From Bdellovibrionales bacterium (lineage in GTDB: Bacteria; Bdellovibrionota; Bdellovibrionia; Bdellovibrionales; UBA1609): a DNA stretch of 32,000 nucleotides. Every line of letters starts with the position of its first letter. The stretch's first letter is position 1. The stretch lies in assembly GCA_963692945.1 (NCBI GenBank), contig OY843585.1, positions 150,001 through 182,000 on the forward strand. Reading direction: 5' to 3'. Shown piece by piece: positions 27,918-32,000 of the stretch. Below the pieces are notes generated by a model. That model saw only the letters and a list, made by a program, of their open reading frames with translations. It had not been told where the DNA came from and made no database searches. The position numbers and the translations under genes are program-made.

Positions 27918-29312
27918 CTAAAGATGTATAATATGCTCTTTTTTTAGATCTGAAAAAGATTTTAACCCTAAAGCACTTATTAATTCATACTGGTAATTCA
28001 CCAAATGGTCCACATAGCATTTAATTCTTTCTGATTTTTCCTCAATATTTAATCCTCTCATCAGTTTTTTAGAATGTGTTGTGATTCCTGTAGGGCAATT
28101 ATTGGTATGGCATTTTAAAGCTTGAATACAACCCAGAGCAAATAAAAAACCTCTTGCCGTGTAAATAGCATCAGCCCCTAAACCCAAAGTCATTACTTGA
28201 TCTCCTGAATTGATAAGTTTTCCTGCACATAAAATTTTAAACCGATCTCTAATATGTAATTCTTTTGATAAAGCTTCAGTGATTTTTAAAGCCTCAACCA
28301 ACGGAAAACCCAAATCATCCATAAAAGTTTTAGGAGAAGCTCCTGTCCCACCCTCAGAACCATCAATAGATATGTAATCTGGAAAAATATTTTCTTTTTT
28401 CATTGTTAAGAACAACTCTTTCAATTCACTCTCTCTACCTAAACAAAATTTAATTCCTGTAGGAAGGCCACTGATTTCTTGCACATCTTTTATAAAATGA
28501 ACTGTGGAAAGAGCATCTTTACATTCTCTATGCCTAGCTGGAGACAAAACATCTTGTCCTAAAGCAATATTTCTCAATTCAGCAATTTCTGCTGTGATTT
28601 TTTCTTTAGGCAATAGTCCTCCTTTACCTGGTTTTGCTCCTTGAGAAAACTTAATCTCTATCATCTTGACTTGTTCCAACTCAGAAATAACTTTCAACTT
28701 GTCAGGATCAAAACTTCCATCTTCTTTTCTGATACCAAATTTGGCTGTTCCTATTTGAAAAATAAGATCTGCTTGCTCCATTAAATGATATTTAGGGTAA
28801 CCTCCCTCTCCTGTATTTATAGGTATTTTTGCTTTCTTTGCTCCTCTTGAAAGAGCACGAACAGCATTTTGACCTAAAGACCCAAAACTCATTCCTGCAA
28901 TTAAAACAGGTTTAGTGATTTTATAACTGGTTTTTAGATTTCGCTCTTCTCCAAAATAAAGAGAAAAAGGTGTGATCTTTTCCATGTTAGGAAAAAAGGA
29001 GTGTTTTAATTTTATTTCTTGAGAATCAAAATTAAGAAGTGAACCAAAAGCAGAAGCTGTATCCATATTTTTAGCTTTCTTATACACATCCGTTCTTTCC
29101 GTTCGGCTAAAAGGTTTTTCTTCTGTATCACTAGCATAAAGATACTGACGAAACTCTGGACCTAATCCCTCTAAAAAATAACGAAAAAAAGCCAATAAGC
29201 CAAAGTTACGAAGTAGAGTGTGACGTTTTTGTATATACTTACAATAGAAATTTAGAATAATGAGTAAAAAAAGAAAGACACTCAAATAAATATAACGAGG
29301 AAATTGAATCAA
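27918..29312 (-). CDS. FMN-binding glutamate synthase family protein (GltB FMN-domain homologue), membrane anchored
   Basis: GEGGYP, KFSQGAKPGKGGLLP and IDGSEGGTGASP motifs of the GltS FMN domain, plus an N-terminal TM. The start is uncertain (see findings). Confidence 0.85.
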   Translation of the reverse strand: MIQFPRYIYLSVFLFLLIILNFYCKYIQKRHTLLRNFGLLAFFRYFLEGLGPEFRQYLYASDTEEKPFSRTERTDVYKKAKNMDTASAFGSLLNFDSQEIKLKHSFFPNMEKITPFSLYFGEERNLKTSYKITKPVLIAGMSFGSLGQNAVRALSRGAKKAKIPINTGEGGYPKYHLMEQADLIFQIGTAKFGIRKEDGSFDPDKLKVISELEQVKMIEIKFSQGAKPGKGGLLPKEKITAEIAELRNIALGQDVLSPARHRECKDALSTVHFIKDVQEISGLPTGIKFCLGRESELKELFLTMKKENIFPDYISIDGSEGGTGASPKTFMDDLGFPLVEALKITEALSKELHIRDRFKILCAGKLINSGDQVMTLGLGADAIYTARGFLFALGCIQALKCHTNNCPTGITTHSKKLMRGLNIEEKSERIKCYVDHLVNYQYELISALGLKSFSDLKKEHIIHL

Positions 29313-29650
29313 ACTTATTAAAAATAAAGAGGGTAATAAAATTTGTACAAAAGCTGATAATTTTTCAATCTTAAAAAAAATAAGACCTCCTAATATCCTT
29401 ATAATAGCAATTTAAATATCATTACAAAAGACTTTCTTTTAAAATTATAGGGATTATTTTATCTGTTCTTGTATAGACTACTACTATGTTTTTAAAAATG
29501 ATAAAAAATACATTAAGAAATCAACAAAAAAGCTAATCCATCTCTCTACTATCTTTGAATCTTCATCAGATCTAAAAATTTTCCTTGCAAAATTTTTCTA
29601 GGCTGGATAAAAGAAAAGGACTGGTTCATCAAAACAATAGAGGTCAACTC

Positions 29651-29926
29651 ATGTTTTCCAAGTTCTTCTTAAAATCTAAAAATAAAGACCTTGCATTTTT
29701 AATCATCCAAATTCATTTATTAGTCTTCATTCTTGTTGGGGTTTTATGGTCTATGTCCAGACTCAATCAAGGGTCTCCTTCTTTTTTAACAATGCTTTTT
29801 TCTGGTAAAAATCATTCACAAATTCAAGCCAAAGATCAAAAAAGGTCTGCTACTATTGTTTCTCCTGATAAAAAAAAACCCTCCACAATTCATAATATAG
29901 ATTTTCAAAATCCTCCAAAAAAATAA
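29651..29926 (+). CDS. Small hypothetical membrane protein
   Basis: The ATG at 29651 is preceded by GAGG. One TM helix (LAFLIIQIHLLVFILVGVLW) and no recognisable family. The longest ORF starts at the TTG at 29585. Confidence 0.3.
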   Translation: MFSKFFLKSKNKDLAFLIIQIHLLVFILVGVLWSMSRLNQGSPSFLTMLFSGKNHSQIQAKDQKRSATIVSPDKKKPSTIHNIDFQNPPKK

Positions 29927-30049
29927 AGAATGGTCTTCCATTTTATAATAAGTGTTATTCTATATAATGAGAGTTCCCTATAAAATCCGATAAAAAGTAA
30001 GGACTGCTCTTGAAAATAAGTTTAGTTTTATATAGGATGGTTTTTATTC

Positions 30050-30125
<76 letters not shown>

Positions 30126-30226
30126 TTTTTAAACGGAAAAATAAATATTTACTAAATTAAAAAAAGGGGAAGCGAAAGCTTTCTATTTTTTTAATTTATT
30201 ACTGCTTTAAATAGGTAGAGGTTGTA
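30126..30226 (+). repeat. Spacer module downstream of tRNA-Asn, an inverted copy of 26899-26997
   Basis: TTTTTAAACGGAAAAATAAATATTTACTAAATTAAAAAAAGGGGAAGCGAAAGCTTTCTATTTTTTTAATTTATTACTGCTTTAAATAGGTAGAGGTT matches the reverse complement of the tRNA-Ser spacer with only a few differences. Confidence 0.85.
30166..30192 (+). terminator. Terminator-like hairpin downstream of tRNA-Asn (possibly bidirectional)
   Basis: GGGGAAGC (30166-30173), GAAA loop, GCTTTC (30178-30183), then TATTTTTTT. An A-run precedes the stem. Confidence 0.5.
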
Positions 30227-30386
30227 GGACTTGAAACGAAAGAACGACCTGTGTTGCTTGCGACTTTAGGAGCAAGGAATACTGGGAAGAAAAACAGGAT
30301 GTTTTTCTTAGTGACTGAGGTGAGCCTACGCAATGAGTGAGCTGGATGCGAGGGAATGTAGTAGGCAAGTCCCTCCGCCTGAGCCA
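30227..30386 (+). repeat. tRNA-tagged module, copy B1: 139-nt core (30227-30365) plus an exact 21-nt copy of the tRNA-Asn 3' end (30366-30386)
   Basis: CAAGTCCCTCCGCCTGAGCCA is identical to 30105-30125. By hand count the core has 65 G+C in 139 nt. Internal 9-bp hairpin at 30287-30309. Confidence 0.9.
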
Positions 30387-30408
30387 TTTACAAAAAACAA
30401 AACTTATT

Positions 30409-30568
30409 GGACTTGAAACGAAGGAACGACCTGTGTTGCTTGCGACTTTAGGAGCAAGGAATACAGGGAAGAAAAACAGGATGTTTTTCTTAGTGACTGA
30501 GGTGAGCCTACGCAATGAGTGAGCTGGATGCGAGGGAATGTAGTAGGCAAGCCCCTCCGCCTGAGCCA
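30409..30568 (+). repeat. tRNA-tagged module, copy B2: core (30409-30547) plus a 21-nt tRNA-Asn 3' end copy with one mismatch (30548-30568)
   Basis: Tandem to B1 after a 22-nt linker, with 3 substitutions in 160 nt. Both tags are followed by TTTACAAAA. Confidence 0.9.
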
Positions 30569-30577
30569 TTTACAAAA

Positions 30578-30946
30578 CTCTAGTTCAGTTAAGGTAAATT
30601 TCTACTCTTATTCTAACGAGCTTTTCATCGCAAGAGAGACGCTCTTCAAATCTCGTTAGAATAAAAGTTACTTAATAGGCTTATGTTTGAACTAGAGAAA
30701 AACTGCTGTTTTTCGCATATTAATTTAGGAGGTTTTCATCGTAAGAGGGACACTCTTCAAATCTCGTTAAAATAAAAGATTTAAACATAGAGAAAAACTA
30801 CGGTTTTTCGCATATGGGTAATCTCTTCAAGTTCAGAAAATAAGAAAGGTATTCCTAGAGAAAAACTGCTGTTTTTCGCATATTAGTAATCTCTTCAAAT
30901 CTCATTAAAATAAGAGTTGCTTAATAGGTTTATGCTTGAACTAGAG
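30578..30946. repeat. Mosaic of four degenerate tandem units built from shared sub-repeats; the first unit is a ~120-nt imperfect palindrome (MITE-like)
   Basis: The sub-repeat CTAGAGAAAAAC-NNNN-GTTTTTCGCATAT occurs at 30692, 30787 and 30855. CTCTTCAAATCTCGTTA(G/A)AATAAAAG occurs at 30642, 30753, 30823 and 30891. TT(A/G)CTTAATAGG.TTATG.TTGAACTAGAG occurs at 30668 and 30917. The inverted ends are CTCTAGTTCA (30578) and TGAACTAGAG (30688, 30937). Confidence 0.8.
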
Positions 30947-30962
30947 TTTTTTATCATAGACT

Positions 30963-32000
30963 CTACTTTGATGAGAACTTAATGTTATTATCTCTCAAAA
31001 ACTTTTTTACATCGTTAATCGCTATAGCAAAATTTAAATTTTGTGTAGCAACAATATGATCTATAATCAAAACAGGAACACCTATAACCTCTTGAGTACT
31101 CTCTAAAAATAAAGCACCACCACTGTTTCCAGAAGACGTTGGACTTGTGTATTGGATATAATTACGATGCTCTTCTTTGCGGATTTGTGAGATATACCCT
31201 TTAGTCAATGTCCCACGAAGACCTTGAGGAGATCCTGAAACTACAACTTCTTGTAAAAGTTCCAAGTTATCAGAATTTCCTAGTTTCACAGGGATCCCTA
31301 CAGGTTTATCTATTTGTAAAACCGCTAAATCCTTTGTTGAATCTATAGCTAAAATTTCTTTAACTACAAATTCCCGTCCATCAAAAAGACGAACTATATA
31401 CTTTGTTTCATATTCATGGTCTTTAATCCTCTCTTTAGAAGGTTGAACAACATGGTAATTGGTTACAATCTTATCTTTATCAACAAAAAAACCACTCCCT
31501 AAACCACCTATTTGTTTCCTCATGTTGTTTTCTATCATTTCCATAATCTCTTCTAGCTCTCTATTAGTGTCATCATCATCTTCTTCTTCCTTCACACTTC
31601 CTATGTCTTCCATCACACTTCTTACGTCTTCAACCAACTTTTCTATTTCTTTTTTTCTCTCTTTTTCTCTCTCTTCATCCTTATAAGTTGCTTTTTCAAT
31701 AGACGTAATTGTCACAACAGAATTTAAAAAAACATGACTAGATATCTTTGCATCTTCAAGGTCTTCCATTTTTACATCTGGTAAATCAAGAACTTCTTCC
31801 ACATTGTATAAAGACACATTTGAAGCCACACCTGCACCTATACCTCCACAAATAACAGGAGCCTTCAAAATTCCAGGTAATAAAAACATTCCAACTGTCG
31901 TTAACCCATAAAGCAATACTTTAGGATCTTTAGTTACAATGTGTTTCCCTGTTTGATAAGATGTGAAACAAGCTACACCATTTAAAGCAAGAGATGTCCA
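30963..32000 (-). CDS. Trypsin-like (S1/DegP-type) serine protease with a hydrophobic N-terminal region and an acidic linker; the 5' end probably lies beyond the window
   Basis: Catalytic motifs TNYHVV (His), DLAVLQI (Asp) and GNSGGALF (Ser). The frame stays open from 31916 to the window end; a TTG at 31916 or a downstream ATG are alternative starts. Confidence 0.75.
   Translation of the reverse strand, partial: WTSLALNGVACFTSYQTGKHIVTKDPKVLLYGLTTVGMFLLPGILKAPVICGGIGAGVASNVSLYNVEEVLDLPDVKMEDLEDAKISSHVFLNSVVTITSIEKATYKDEEREKERKKEIEKLVEDVRSVMEDIGSVKEEEDDDDTNRELEEIMEMIENNMRKQIGGLGSGFFVDKDKIVTNYHVVQPSKERIKDHEYETKYIVRLFDGREFVVKEILAIDSTKDLAVLQIDKPVGIPVKLGNSDNLELLQEVVVSGSPQGLRGTLTKGYISQIRKEEHRNYIQYTSPTSSGNSGGALFLESTQEVIGVPVLIIDHIVATQNLNFAIAINDVKKFLRDNNIKFSSK

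Noticed and set aside
29585-29650. The TTG start at 29585 for the small membrane ORF (113-aa version).
   Set aside because: There is no SD, and the N-terminal 22 residues are basic and hydrophilic with no signal. The ATG at 29651 has a GAGG upstream. Even the shorter version is only a low-confidence gene.
30227-30365. A known small ribozyme or housekeeping RNA in the core. Candidates were a hammerhead-like CTGAGGT/GAAAC, and tmRNA- or 4.5S-like ATGTAGTA / GGGAATGTAG..GGCA strings.
   Set aside because: The hammerhead core is not satisfied (CUGAGGU lacks the conserved A9, and the helices do not line up). The tmRNA and SRP resemblances are 8-17-nt strings without the tag ORF, the GGAA tetraloop or the other conserved elements. 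No call can be made without a covariance-model search.
30366-30386. A retroelement primer-binding site: on the reverse strand each module begins TGG..., a perfect complement to the 3' end of a tRNA, as in retroviral PBS sequences.
   Set aside because: There is no reverse transcriptase, LTR or msr/msd-like arrangement in the window. Because CCA is genome-encoded here and the cognate tRNA gene is adjacent, a DNA-level duplication explains the match more simply. I keep it only as a remote alternative to test if an RT is found elsewhere in the genome.
30337-30522. The 61-aa plus-strand ORF spanning the B1/B2 junction.
   Set aside because: It runs across the tRNA tag and linker from one repeat copy into the next. 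It has no counterpart in the Ser copy and no SD, so it is a repeat-generated artefact.
30692-30885. CRISPR-like array: the ~31-nt repeat CTAGAGAAAAAC..GTTTTTCGCATAT occurs three times.
   Set aside because: Spacing is irregular (95 and 68 nt between starts). The supposed spacers share other repeats with each other, the repeats are not identical, and no cas genes are present. It is better described as mosaic tandem or palindromic repeats.

Overview
This is an AT-rich bacterial chromosome segment. The organism looks diderm (TolB, a BamE-like lipoprotein, SecA) and aerobic (caa3-type cytochrome c oxidase); its taxon cannot be set from the sequence alone. Positions 1 to about 26.5 kb are ordinary housekeeping. 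They hold divergent ung/mpg DNA glycosylases, tolB-dus and a long-form aromatic amino-acid hydroxylase. A ~12.5-kb co-directional minus-strand string follows, running cytochrome c, SCO1, ctaC-ctaD-ctaE-coxIV, ctaB, purN, DUF368, msrAB, an unknown gene, lysC, lysA and a small secreted protein. After that come secA translationally coupled to a zinc-ribbon acidic protein, trmL, a lipoprotein, a TPR protein, a PhaR-like regulator and a secreted ankyrin-repeat protein. The unusual part is 26.6-31 kb, which holds three tRNA genes (Ser-GCU, Arg-ACG, Asn-GUU) and a repeat family I cannot assign to any known class. The family is a GC-rich 139-nt core present three times, once beside tRNA-Ser and twice in tandem beside tRNA-Asn. 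Each core is fused at its 3' end to a copy (exact in two modules, one mismatch in the third) of the last 21 nt (T-loop C56 through CCA) of the tRNA it sits next to. Each core also starts with a 7-9-nt inverted copy of that same tRNA's T-loop, with two compensatory base-pair changes between the Ser and Asn versions. The reverse strand of all three copies keeps a ~54-codon frame open, and the few differences avoid second codon positions. The Ser and Asn copies form ~260-nt inverted repeats bracketing a 3.1-kb segment (tRNA-Ser, tRNA-Arg, two or three CDSs, tRNA-Asn). No integrase, transposase, reverse transcriptase, Cas/TnpB-like nuclease or phage gene is visible in the window. A mosaic of palindromic repeats and a membrane-anchored trypsin-like protease close the window.
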